A stretch of 64,000 nucleotides of DNA, from positions 1 through 64,000 of the forward strand of contig JALNKA010000001.1 in NCBI GenBank assembly GCA_023261815.1, in the 5' to 3' direction. Shown piece after piece: positions 31,759 to 41,314 of the stretch (the stretch's first letter is position 1; the number at the start of each line of letters is the position of its first letter). Source of the stretch: Candidatus Wolframiiraptor sinensis (GTDB lineage: Archaea; Thermoproteota; Nitrososphaeria_A; Caldarchaeales; Wolframiiraptoraceae). A program made the translations under genes and the position numbers. Below the pieces are notes generated by a model, which saw only the letters and a list, made by a program, of their open reading frames with translations, was not told where the DNA came from and made no database searches.

Positions 31759-31857
31759 GCCCATCACCTCCCAAACCATACACTATGGACGCGTCAAGCC
31801 CAGGCCAATACTTCGGGAAATCTAGAGAATGGACCCCCAACATGCAAAACACCCTCC

Positions 31858-31900
31858 AAAGAAGAGAAATCTTGCGCGGGGCCCTGGCTCATGCCAGGGC
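31858..31900 (-). terminator. Hairpin plus U-rich tract between the leader peptide and aroA'
   Basis: GCCCUGGC-AUGA-GCCAGGGC perfect 8-bp stem with the leader stop in the loop; AUUUCUCUUCUUU 10 nt downstream. Confidence 0.55.
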
Positions 31901-31978
31901 AAAATAGCAAAAGCCAAAATACCAGTAGCTCCAGAGGCCGCCGAAGCCGCTTAAGCGAGCACGTCCACCGCCGTTCAT
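31889..31978 (-). CDS. Aromatic-rich leader peptide of the aro operon, MNGGGRARLSGFGGLWSYWYFGFCYFALA
   Basis: 29 codons read directly, 9 aromatic (4F, 3Y, 2W); SD-like GAGGCG upstream; below the ORF track cutoff. Confidence 0.75.
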   Translation of the reverse strand: MNGGGRARLSGFGGLWSYWYFGFCYFALA

Positions 31979-32020
31979 CACGATCGCCTCTGGAGCGCTT
32001 GGATAATCGTCTCGCGGACT

Positions 32021-32036
32021 GTATATAAGATTTGCT
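32021..32036 (-). promoter_or_regulatory. BRE/TATA promoter of the aro leader/operon
   Basis: Minus strand gcaaatcTTATATAc; predicted TSS near 31997-32000. Confidence 0.6.
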
Positions 32037-32095
32037 CTAAATGCTCCCGGGCATGCTAAGCTTATTTTTCGGCTTCCACCTAATGTTGAAAGGCT

Positions 32096-34639
32096 ATGAG
32101 GCTCAGCGCGATCACGATCACCTTATGTCTCCTGATAGTGGTCTCTTCTCTCTCAGCTCTCCAGCTCATGATAACTTCCTCAAGCGCTCAGCCAACATGG
32201 AGCTTCTCGATCACGCTTTTCCCGGCGGAGCTTTACATGGGCGAGTGGGGGAGGCTGAAGGCGAACATAACGAACACGGACTGCTCCGCGAGGCTGCCTA
32301 AACCCTATGAGGCGAAGTTCGACGACATCCCGGAGCGAACTCTCAAATCAATCCTAGCGAGAGCGAGAGATGAATGAGAGCGGCTGGATAACGGATTACG
32401 ATCTCAGGATAGAGGGTGCGCACGGCTTCGGGGGCCAAGTTTACTTCGACGCGAAGCTGAAGATAATTGGAGCCTGCTCTGGGAAATCCATAAAGCTGTA
32501 TTATGCTCAGCTCTGGTTTCCGTGGAAGAAGTATCCCGGGAGAGACTGGGCTTTCAGGGCAGACGCTAACGTGGAGCTCAAGGCGTTCAACCCTATAGAC
32601 TACATCCTTAAGGGGTTTAGCCCCGGATCATCGATAGTGCTCGAGTTCGAGCTCTTCATCCCGCCCGACATATACCCGGAGGAGCGCTTTCTCAAGCCCT
32701 TCATGGACTTGAGGGTCCACTACCCGGGATGGATAGATTACACTCTCGAGGCTTATCCAACTCGTGGGCCCTTCGAGATCCAGCCTTACAGGAGCTTCAA
32801 CCTCACCGTGACGGATTATGATGGTATGAACCCCCCATCGCCGGCGCGAGAGTCGTGATCAGGAGGCTCATCCACCGTTATGATGTCCGCGAGTACGTCA
32901 CGCCGGAAAATGGAACGATAAGAATACACAGGCTTAAGGAGGATGATTACGAGGTGAGAGTATACTGGAATAACAGCATCTTCCTGCAGGAGTCGCCGCT
33001 CGTGCACATGGAGCATCACACCGCCTACGATCTCGCGTCCGAGGGCATCAGGACTCTTCTCTTCAACGTCGAGGTTAGGGCGCTGGATCTGAAAGAGAGG
33101 GCTCTAAATGGCGCGAGAATCGCTTTGGACGGCGTCGAGGTCATCGCGGAGAACGGCTACGCGCTATACCAGCTCGTCCCAAACGGCAATCACTCCCTCC
33201 AAGCATACTGGATGGGAATCAAGCTGCTGGATGAGTGGGTGTGGATCGGATATCATCCGACAATCCCCCCTGAGATCAAGGAACCGAAGCTAGTGCTAAA
33301 AACTTCCTGTGGATGATCTGCTGGTTCAGGCGATTGATAGCGGCGGAATGCCGCTCGCTGCTAACTTCACGGTATCAGATCCCCAGGGAGTGCTGCCGGA
33401 TCTACTATACTGTAGCTCAGGCCTCCTGAACATAACCCAGCTGGTTGTGGGCGATTATCGGGTGCGAGCATTAAACTGCTCTCAAGCCTTCAAGACGTGC
33501 GCGGAGGCATCGGGCATCTTCCAGCCCGGCCAGCTCATGAAGCTTCAGCTACCGCTTCACTCGATAACCCTCCACCTCTACTCTAGGGGCGGCGTGGAGC
33601 TCGGAAACGCCTTGGTGATATTGGGCGGCGTCGAGGCGAGAGCTGACCAGTGGGGATACGCGATCTTCCCGGGGATCCCGGAGGGAGAGTACGAGGTCAG
33701 GATACTGTGGAATAACGTCGAGGTATATGATGGCCGAATAATGGTTTCGGAATCGGGCTCATGGGATATCATCGCGGACGTGTACGATGTCGGGCTGGAG
33801 CTCAGGACGACTGATGGAAGGCCCTTCTCAGCCTACTGGATCCTCGTGGACCCATCAGGTCATAGGCATGAGATGAGGCGCCCATCTAGCATAATCTCAG
33901 CCAGGCTTATCCCACGCGGCCCATGCAATCTCACGGTTATCGACGAGCGGAACCTGACGCTGATCTCCTCGGTCATGAGCGTTGAGGAGCTCGCGAGCAT
34001 GCGAGAGCTCAAGCTACCAATAGGAGACATGGTGATCAGGGTGCTCTGGAGCGATGATGCGCCCATTGCTAATGCTAGGATCGTGCTAGTGGGCCCGCAA
34101 GCCTGAGGAGCGAGGGACTCACTGATGCTCAGGGCATGATATCCCTGGGCCTAGCCCCATTAGCTAATTACAGCCTGAGAGTCTATTATCCGAGAACATC
34201 GCTCGTCTTATTCGCTGGAAATGTGACGTTCGTGGGCGACGTGGTCGAGGTCAGGGCTGGGCGGACGGGCATCATGGTCAAGGTCGTTGATGCGCTCGGG
34301 AACCCGCTTCCAGGCGCGGCGGTAAGGCTCCATGTCTCGGACATCATTTTGGGTGAGGAGAGATCCGGCTTGGATGGGGTTGTGGCCTTCTCGGGGATAC
34401 CACATCTCGGCGCATATCAGCTCGAGGTCAAGCATGGGCCGCTGATCGTCAATAGGATAATCCGCCCAGGAGAGAACGCGATCATAGAGCTGGAGGCCAT
34501 AAACCTACTCGGGCTGACCATGTACATTCAAGATCTCATGGCGCTTCTGCCGGCCATAGCCGTGGTGATAGCGATCACGATAATTATAATTGTCTTGAGG
34601 AGAAGGTTCAGAGCCTCCGCGAGGGCGGAGATCCGCTAG
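32096..34639 (+). pseudogene. Large secreted/membrane-anchored beta-sandwich repeat protein (carboxypeptidase-regulatory-like repeats), split into five ORFs
   Basis: Signal peptide in the first ORF; repeated motifs (VVDALGNPLPGAAVRL, YEVRVYWN, YEVRILWN); C-terminal TM plus RRR; breaks near 32370, 32835, 33300, 34105. Confidence 0.75.
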
Positions 34640-35738
34640 CCTCAGCGGCTTCTATTATCTCTATCCCGAGACTTCTCGCGAACTCCATCTCGGTGGCGGT
34701 AGGCTTATCGCTCGTCACGAGCATCACCCTGCTAAGCTTAAGGTCGCTTCTCGCGACGCCGAGCCTAACCAAGACCTGAGTTAACGGCTCGCCGAAGGAT
34801 GATGTTATCGCTATTATCTCATCCCCCTTCTTGGCGGCGGCGTCGAACCTGTGGATGACGCCGGACTCGCCGACCAGGCTTGCCGGCCTCTCGACCTCAT
34901 ATCCACGTTGCCTCAAGATCTCTATCTCCCTATTGACAGCGCTGATCACTTTTTCATACTCGGCAAGCATTTCTTTCGACGACTCGATTCTCTTGAACGG
35001 CTTAATTTCCATGGTCTGCTCATCGTAGAGGGAGCCGCATGACCCGCACTTGAACGCGATGTTCGGTTCCTCGAACTCCGTGCCGCAGTCCGGGCACCTA
35101 TACCTCCTGTGGTAAACCTCTATGTTCTCCGATCCCCCGCATCGGGGGCAAGCTAGCCCAAGCGCCGTTCTGAAGCTCGACTCCGCACCGATATATCCGC
35201 ATGTATGCCTATAATATCTCGTCTCCTTAACCCTAAAGGAGCCGCAATTCCTGCATGACGTTAATGCTACTTGGATGCATGATCCGCAGATTGGGCAGGC
35301 GACCGCGGAGAACTCCCTCTCAGTCTCTAAGATGAGCCTCTTATCAATGAGCCTCCTGAGCACGCGCTGAGCATCCTTCTCCGAGACGCCCGCGAATTCC
35401 GGATAATAGCCCCCCTCCTTGCTTCCCGGCATCATAAGGGGCCTAAGAGCCCCCTTAATCATCAATGATTCTATGACTCTCGCCTCAAGCTTCGCTAGCT
35501 CCTCATCAGAAAGCTCTCCCACGCCTTTTTCCGGAGGCGCCAGCCTCCCTTCCTCAGTGGCTTCCTCAAGCTCTGAGATCACCCTTATTGAATCCAGCTC
35601 CTCCTTCGAGATATTCCCGGCCTTCCTTCTCTTCTCCCTCTTCCTCAGAGCCAGTATGAAGGCCGCCGCGATACAAGCAGCTATTATCGCCAGGACCTCG
35701 AGCCTTTGCAGGATCTGGAGTATATCGGCTGGGCTCAT
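34608..35738 (-). CDS. Membrane-anchored TackOD1-like multi-zinc-ribbon protein with C-terminal restriction-endonuclease-like fold
   Basis: TM helix; CPICGS, CRNCGS, HTCGY, CPRC, CPDC, CGSCG; GESGVIHRFDA motif. Confidence 0.7.
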   Translation of the reverse strand: MSPADILQILQRLEVLAIIAACIAAAFILALRKREKRRKAGNISKEELDSIRVISELEEATEEGRLAPPEKGVGELSDEELAKLEARVIESLMIKGALRPLMMPGSKEGGYYPEFAGVSEKDAQRVLRRLIDKRLILETEREFSAVACPICGSCIQVALTSCRNCGSFRVKETRYYRHTCGYIGAESSFRTALGLACPRCGGSENIEVYHRRYRCPDCGTEFEEPNIAFKCGSCGSLYDEQTMEIKPFKRIESSKEMLAEYEKVISAVNREIEILRQRGYEVERPASLVGESGVIHRFDAAAKKGDEIIAITSSFGEPLTQVLVRLGVARSDLKLSRVMLVTSDKPTATEMEFARSLGIEIIEAAEASGSPPSRRL

Positions 35739-35751
35739 CCTCTTCTACAGC

Positions 35752-37149
35752 TCACCAATAGGGCTCTAGAGCTAAGTATATCAACGTAGCGGCGATCACG
35801 CCGACCCCAGCCCTCCAAGTGCTGGCCACAGTGTGATCGCAGAGCTTCGAGACCGCTAGCCCGAGGATCAGGGAGAGGATGATGCTTATCGGGAGTAGGA
35901 GCGCTCCAACCCCCTCGAGGGTGACCCCGCCGAAGAGGGGGGCCGGCTGAATGAGCATCCCACCTCCAGCCATCGAGGTGGCATATCTCGCTGAGAACTC
36001 CTTGAGGGGCCTGGTTATCGCGAAGCTCATTATCAGGATCAGGGAGCCGGCTGTGATGCTGATTACCTCGTAGAACCTGAGCCTGCTTCTGAGATCCCGG
36101 TAAGCGTGATAGAGCCTTTGAGCAGTCCTGGCCACAATCTCGAGGGCTTTCCCGCCTGCGCCGCTCTCCCTCACGACCTTGATCGTCGAGAGGACGAGGT
36201 GGAGCTGCCTGCTCCTTGGATTCGCCTCGATCCCCAGCGAGACCCTCCTAACCTGCTCCACGACCCTACCATCCCTAACGAGCTGGAATGATCTCTCGAC
36301 GGGGTAGCCGAGCTGGAGCTTCGTGGCCAGGCCCTGGGCCAATAGGTGCCCGCCCTCCATCTCCGAGATCGCCTTCCTAACCTCGTGGCTCGCCGGGATC
36401 GAGAGAGCTACCAGCCCAGCTCCTATGCCCAAGTATATCATCGGATTGGCGAGCGAGAACCCCCTCACCGGGATCGAGATGGCGATTGCAGCGGCTATCA
36501 GTGCGAGCTGTGCTGGAAGTATTCGCATAACCCTAGGCGAGAGGATTACTATCGGGACCCCCTGAAGCGCCACTGATGCTGTGTATGTTGTGATCGAAGA
36601 TAGTAGGGCTATGGGGAAGATGAGCTCCAGGCTGCCTCCGAAGAATGCTGTGAACGAGATAAAGAGGGGGATAAGTATCATGATCATTAGGCTTGCCTCC
36701 GCCAGGTTCTCAGCGCTCTCAGCCTTCTTCCTAGCGCGCTCGGCGGCATATTCCTCCTCATCCCAGAGGAGGACCTGGACCCTCGTGGCTGGGTCGAAGC
36801 CCGTGAAAGCCTCCTCGCCGATAGACCTGAGCACGCTCGTAACCCTCGCGCTCGGAGTCCTATAATCGAGCAGTGCCCCCGATAGATCGCCCCTCCTCTC
36901 AGCCTCCCTAATTATTCTCCCGGCTTCCTGGTGGAATGCTGGCATGAGCGCTTTCTCGGCCGCAGCGGCCTCGAGGGCCTTCCTTAAGCTCCATCCGGCC
37001 TCAAGCCTCGCATAAAGATAGCTCAGGAATATCGGTAGCTCCTCCTCGAGCCTAGCAGCCCTCTCCTTTCTCAGCGCTACCGGGAGCAGGGCCAGGAGAA
37101 CTATCAGCGCTATTATCATCAGCGTGTTTATGTTGAGGAGGAAGCTCAC
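35752..37149 (-). CDS. Type IV pilus platform membrane protein (TadC/FlaJ-like)
   Basis: LEEELPIFLSYLYARLEAGWSLRKALE; duplicated T2SSF domains with multiple TMs; follows the ATPase. Confidence 0.85.
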   Translation of the reverse strand: MSFLLNINTLMIIALIVLLALLPVALRKERAARLEEELPIFLSYLYARLEAGWSLRKALEAAAAEKALMPAFHQEAGRIIREAERRGDLSGALLDYRTPSARVTSVLRSIGEEAFTGFDPATRVQVLLWDEEEYAAERARKKAESAENLAEASLMIMILIPLFISFTAFFGGSLELIFPIALLSSITTYTASVALQGVPIVILSPRVMRILPAQLALIAAAIAISIPVRGFSLANPMIYLGIGAGLVALSIPASHEVRKAISEMEGGHLLAQGLATKLQLGYPVERSFQLVRDGRVVEQVRRVSLGIEANPRSRQLHLVLSTIKVVRESGAGGKALEIVARTAQRLYHAYRDLRSRLRFYEVISITAGSLILIMSFAITRPLKEFSARYATSMAGGGMLIQPAPLFGGVTLEGVGALLLPISIILSLILGLAVSKLCDHTVASTWRAGVGVIAATLIYLALEPYW

Positions 37150-37156
37150 GAGCTGA

Positions 37157-38494
37157 TCAAGCAGTGGCCACCACCTCCTCCCTCCTAGCCTGAGCTCTCA
37201 ACTGCTCAGCCCTCCTCCTGACCTCGAGAGCAGCCAGCTCGTAGGGCTCAAGGCCGCGGTAGGATATGGCGAGCTTCTGGCCGATCTTCTCAGGAAGCTT
37301 AAACTTCCCGCTCTCATAATCATAGATGAGCTCCCACTTTCCCGAGATGTTCTCGTAGACCTCCTTTACCCGCCGCCTGCCATCCGGCATTCTGACTATG
37401 AAGACGGCATAATCTATCAAGGCAACCTGATCTTGTCTCAGGTTCATTGGATGGCTCGTGAGCCTCTTCACCATGTGATCTAGGTCGTCCGTGTGCAGCG
37501 TCGTAGCGGTCCCATGTCCGACCGATGCCGCCGTTATCATATCCTGAACCTCCTCCGCCCTAGCCTCCCCCACCGCGATTATCGTGGGCCTATGCCTCAG
37601 CGCGGCCTTAAGGAGCTGGGTCAAGGGTATGGCGGTCTGCCTCGCGGCCGGGCTCGTTGGAAGCCTGGCGTAGAGGGGCAACCATCCCGGGTGATCCTTG
37701 AGATTTATCTCCGGATGCTCTTCGATTGTCACGATCTTGTAGTTTTTAGGAAGCTGGAGTAGGAGGGAGTTGAGGAGAGTGGTCTTGCCGCTTCCAGTCA
37801 GCCCAGCGATGATTACGTTGCACTTGAGTTCCACGGCGAGCCAGAGCGCCGCCGCAACCTCGGACCTCAGGGTCCCAAGCTTAACCAGCCTCGCGAGGCT
37901 ATAGGGGCTCCTCGGAAACTTCCTAACAGTTATGCTCGAGTGGAGGGAGACCTCCCCCCTCAAAACTCCCGCAACTCGATCGAAGCTCGGCGTGAGTATC
38001 TCGACGACGGGGCTCGCGGGCGTTATAGATCCACCAGATCTCTCGATCACAAGCTTGACCAGCTTATCGAGCTCTTCATCCGACTCCACGACGACGTTGC
38101 TCTCGATCCACTCATAGTGAGGCGCGAGTCTATGAATCAGCCTGACGGGGCCCGGCATCGTTATCGTGAAATCCTCTATCTGATCATCGTACATGAAGAC
38201 TTGAAGCTTCGAGAATCCCCTAAGCTCCCTGAGAAGATAATATCGGAGGGCAACGACCTCGGAGGAGCTGAGCCTCCTCGAATACTTCTTGACAAGCTCT
38301 TCGGGATTGGTTCCCCTCTTCACGTACTCGTCCATGGCCTGGTCGAGAGACTTTTTGACGCCATCCGTCAGGGCGGGCTCCTCAACCTCGTAGAGCAGGC
38401 CATTATCCCGCTGCCTGAGCCTAACAACAGCATCCCCAACATGATATTCCGCGAAGATTCTTGAGACACCTTTCTCGCCCCTCAACTCAGCCAT
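37157..38494 (-). CDS. Type IV pilus assembly ATPase (VirB11/TadA/FlaI family)
   Basis: TVRKF, GLTGSGKTT, VTIEE, ALRHRP..IAVGEAR, GH..TTLH. Confidence 0.93.
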   Translation of the reverse strand: MAELRGEKGVSRIFAEYHVGDAVVRLRQRDNGLLYEVEEPALTDGVKKSLDQAMDEYVKRGTNPEELVKKYSRRLSSSEVVALRYYLLRELRGFSKLQVFMYDDQIEDFTITMPGPVRLIHRLAPHYEWIESNVVVESDEELDKLVKLVIERSGGSITPASPVVEILTPSFDRVAGVLRGEVSLHSSITVRKFPRSPYSLARLVKLGTLRSEVAAALWLAVELKCNVIIAGLTGSGKTTLLNSLLLQLPKNYKIVTIEEHPEINLKDHPGWLPLYARLPTSPAARQTAIPLTQLLKAALRHRPTIIAVGEARAEEVQDMITAASVGHGTATTLHTDDLDHMVKRLTSHPMNLRQDQVALIDYAVFIVRMPDGRRRVKEVYENISGKWELIYDYESGKFKLPEKIGQKLAISYRGLEPYELAALEVRRRAEQLRAQARREEVVATA

Positions 38495-38590
38495 TCAAGA
38501 CACCTCCTAGGGAAAAGTAAGATAAGAAAGCGCGTATAATTGAGTAATGGGCATACAGCAGCTCCAATATACCCGCAAATTCCCCAGATA

Positions 38591-39004
38591 TCAACCAAGC
38601 CTTACCTCCATCCAAGCACCAGTATCAAATCTCAGTAGAATGGACTGCGCCGATCCGGAAACCCTTACAACCTCGTAGGTTCTCGGTTCTATCCTGCATT
38701 CAGGGTCCTTCTGCCCATTTTCGTTGAAGCAGCTGCATCCAGCTCCATCGGGGCATTTAAGGTGATTTCCTCCGACCCAGGCCTCGAGCACGATTATGTG
38801 ATCCGAGTGAGGATTGTAGAGGTATATCTCGGCAGTGCCGGAGCTGCTAAACGCGGCTATTAACGTCGGCCTCAACCATGGTCTAACGCTGGGCGGCGAT
38901 ACTACCGGAAGATAATACACCATGATGAACGCCACGGCGACAGATATGCTAAGAAGGATGAGTGCCGAGAGAAGTTCACTTAAGCCGCAGCGACCCCGCC
39001 TCAC
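38591..39004 (-). CDS. Archaeal type IV pilin (class III signal peptide)
   Basis: MRRGRCG/LSELLSALILLSISVAVAFI PibD-type cleavage site and hydrophobic helix. Confidence 0.8.
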   Translation of the reverse strand: MRRGRCGLSELLSALILLSISVAVAFIMVYYLPVVSPPSVRPWLRPTLIAAFSSSGTAEIYLYNPHSDHIIVLEAWVGGNHLKCPDGAGCSCFNENGQKDPECRIEPRTYEVVRVSGSAQSILLRFDTGAWMEVRLG

Positions 39005-39153
39005 ACCAACCCTGAGAATATCTCTCTCTACTTATTGTTATTTAACTCATCGCTGAGCCATCCCAAGATGATCCATGCCCACATTCCGGCGCATGAGGAA
39101 GGTTCTTAGAAGGGTTACGAGCTTATAGGGGTGGCATTCCGGTGATCGGGAGC

Positions 39154-39591
39154 ATGGGCGCCTATAGCGTCGGAGTGCATGGGAGGGGCGATGTAAGCCT
39201 GGAGGAGATTCTGAGGAGAGTTAGGGAAAACCCGGAGCTGAGCGAGGCGGGAGCGATCGCCTGCTTCATAGGGATAGTCAGGGGCAGGAGCTCGAGAGGC
39301 GAGGCCGTCAGAAAGCTGGTCCTCGAGGCATATAGGGAGGAGGCCGAGAGAAGCCTTGAAAAGATCGCGAAAGAGCTGCTAGAAAGGCCCGGAATCGTGG
39401 ACGTCAGAATACACCACATAGTAGGCGAGCTTGAGGTTGGGGAGGACATAGTATACATAATCGTGGCGGGAGATCACAGGGAAGAGGTCTTCAGGGCACT
39501 AAAAGATGCCGTCGAGAGAATGAAAAAAGAGGCAGCGATCTGGAAGAAGGAGATAACGGATCGAGGGGAATACTGGGTTTCCGGGAAATAG
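39154..39591 (+). CDS. moaE: Molybdopterin synthase catalytic subunit
   Basis: GAIACFIGIVR, LEAY, HIVGEL, HREE, IWKKE. Confidence 0.95.
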   Translation: MGAYSVGVHGRGDVSLEEILRRVRENPELSEAGAIACFIGIVRGRSSRGEAVRKLVLEAYREEAERSLEKIAKELLERPGIVDVRIHHIVGELEVGEDIVYIIVAGDHREEVFRALKDAVERMKKEAAIWKKEITDRGEYWVSGK

Positions 39592-39593
39592 CT

Positions 39594-39878
39594 TTAGCCG
39601 CCTCCAACGGGTGGAAGAATTGCCACCACATCGCCATCCTTGAGCTCCTGGTCTAGCCTAGCCCTATCACCATTCACGATGACGATGTAGCTCGCCTCCT
39701 CGCCCTTCATGAACTGCATCACCTTATCCCTCCAAGCATCGGCGGCATGCGCATGTCTATCCGGAATATGGTTGAGCAGCAGATCAGTGAGCTTAACCCC
39801 CCTTTCAACCTCATACTCCTCCTCGCTAACCCCGAAAAGCTCCCTGATCGAAGCGAAATACCTAACCTTAACCCTCAT
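39594..39878 (-). CDS. moaD: MoaD/SAMP ubiquitin-like sulfur carrier
   Basis: VKVRYFASIRE...LKDGDVVAILPPVGGG with C-terminal GG. Confidence 0.93.
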   Translation of the reverse strand: MRVKVRYFASIRELFGVSEEEYEVERGVKLTDLLLNHIPDRHAHAADAWRDKVMQFMKGEEASYIVIVNGDRARLDQELKDGDVVAILPPVGGG

Positions 39879-39911
39879 CCGTATTGAAACCTTCAGCTCG
39901 AAGTATTAAAT

Positions 39912-40505
39912 TTAACTAGCTGGCGCAAGATCCCCAAGCGTTCTACCGAGCTCCCTCCAATCCTCGATTAGCTTATCCCTAAGCCCGGGATTCCTGAGGG
40001 CTGAGGCGGGATGATACATGGGAACTATGCGAAGGCTCAGCATCAGGCTCGAGACATCATAGGCCCTGCCATGAATCTTCTCCATGGGCTCGCACCTCAA
40101 GCCGAACTTTCCAAGCAGATAGCATGCCGCAATATTCCCTAAAGCGATTATGAGCTTAGGCCGAATGACTTCGATCTGTTGATCTAAGTAGGGGGTGCAT
40201 GCCTTAACATGCTCCTCAGTCGCCCTATTCCCGGGCAGAAAGCACTTAATAACATTCGTTATGTAAATGCGGTCCCTGCTCAAGCCGGCCTCGGAGAGAA
40301 GCTGGTCCAAGAACTTGCCGGCGGCGCCGACGAAGGGTCTTCCCTGAAGATCCTCCTGCCTCCCAGGGCCCAGTCCAACAATCATCACTTCCGCGTCAGC
40401 AGGCCCCTCACCGAACACGATCCTATTCCTAGTCCTCCATAGATCACACTTCCTGCATCCTTCAACCTTCTTCCTCAAGTCCTCGAGAATAGCCTCTCTA
40501 GACAA
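39912..40505 (-). CDS. udg: Family 4 uracil-DNA glycosylase (Fe-S)
   Basis: CRKCDL, VFGEG, GRPFVGAAG, ITNVIKC, YHPA; likely TTG start at 40505. Confidence 0.93.
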   Translation of the reverse strand: MSREAILEDLRKKVEGCRKCDLWRTRNRIVFGEGPADAEVMIVGLGPGRQEDLQGRPFVGAAGKFLDQLLSEAGLSRDRIYITNVIKCFLPGNRATEEHVKACTPYLDQQIEVIRPKLIIALGNIAACYLLGKFGLRCEPMEKIHGRAYDVSSLMLSLRIVPMYHPASALRNPGLRDKLIEDWRELGRTLGDLAPAS

Positions 40506-40575
40506 GCAACACGCCGTATCTTGACAGGCTGAAGGAGTAAAATATTTTTCCAGCTTCTCCATTTAGTGCGTGCCC

Positions 40576-41265
40576 ATGAACAAAAGCACATGGTCTGTTA
40601 AGCGGGTTGCAAGAGCGATAGATCACACGATGCTACATGCTTATGCGAGGGAAGATGATATTCGGAGACTATGCATGGAGGCTGTCGAATACGGGTTTGC
40701 GGCCGTATGCATTAACCCCATCTATGTTCCGCTAGCTTACGAGCTCCTAAGAAACACGGATGTCAAGGTATGCGCGGCGATAGGCTTTCCGCTTGGCTCG
40801 ACGTTTAAGGAGGTTAAGGTGGAGGAGGCGAGGCGGGCTATAGAAAGAGGCGCGGCCGAGCTGGACATGGTGATAAACTTGCCGATGCTGAAGTCGGGGA
40901 AATACGATTACGTGGAGGAAGAGATAAGGGAGGTTAAACGATCTACAGGCGATGGAATCCTGAAGGTGATTATAGAATGTTGCTACCTAACTGACGAAGA
41001 GAAGGTAATAGCAGCTAAGATCGCGGAGAGAGCCGGGGCAGATTACGTTAAAACCTCAACGGGATTCGGCCCATCTGGAGCGAAGATAGAAGATGTAAAG
41101 CTTCTAAGAAGCGTCTTATCACCCCATGTCAAGATAAAGGCGGCCGGAGGGATAAGGACCGGAGAGCAGGTCATCGGCTTCCTAGAGGCTGGAGCGGATA
41201 GACTTGGAACGAGTTCCGGCGTGCGGATAATCAAGGAACTGAAGAAAATGTTGCCGGAAGAGTAG
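40576..41265 (+). CDS. deoC: Deoxyribose-phosphate aldolase
   Basis: IDHTML, IGFPLG, ELDMVIN, KVIIE, VKTSTGF, KAAGGIR, RLGTSS. Confidence 0.97.
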   Translation: MNKSTWSVKRVARAIDHTMLHAYAREDDIRRLCMEAVEYGFAAVCINPIYVPLAYELLRNTDVKVCAAIGFPLGSTFKEVKVEEARRAIERGAAELDMVINLPMLKSGKYDYVEEEIREVKRSTGDGILKVIIECCYLTDEEKVIAAKIAERAGADYVKTSTGFGPSGAKIEDVKLLRSVLSPHVKIKAAGGIRTGEQVIGFLEAGADRLGTSSGVRIIKELKKMLPEE

Positions 41266-41314
41266 GAGAGCGAGATGTATTTAAGCGAGGCGAAGTCCGG
41301 TATTTTGATCGAGC

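Noticed and set aside
31435-32028. 197-aa plus-strand ORF spanning the aro leader
   Set aside because: Antisense to aroA' and its leader, with low-complexity composition; a shadow ORF.
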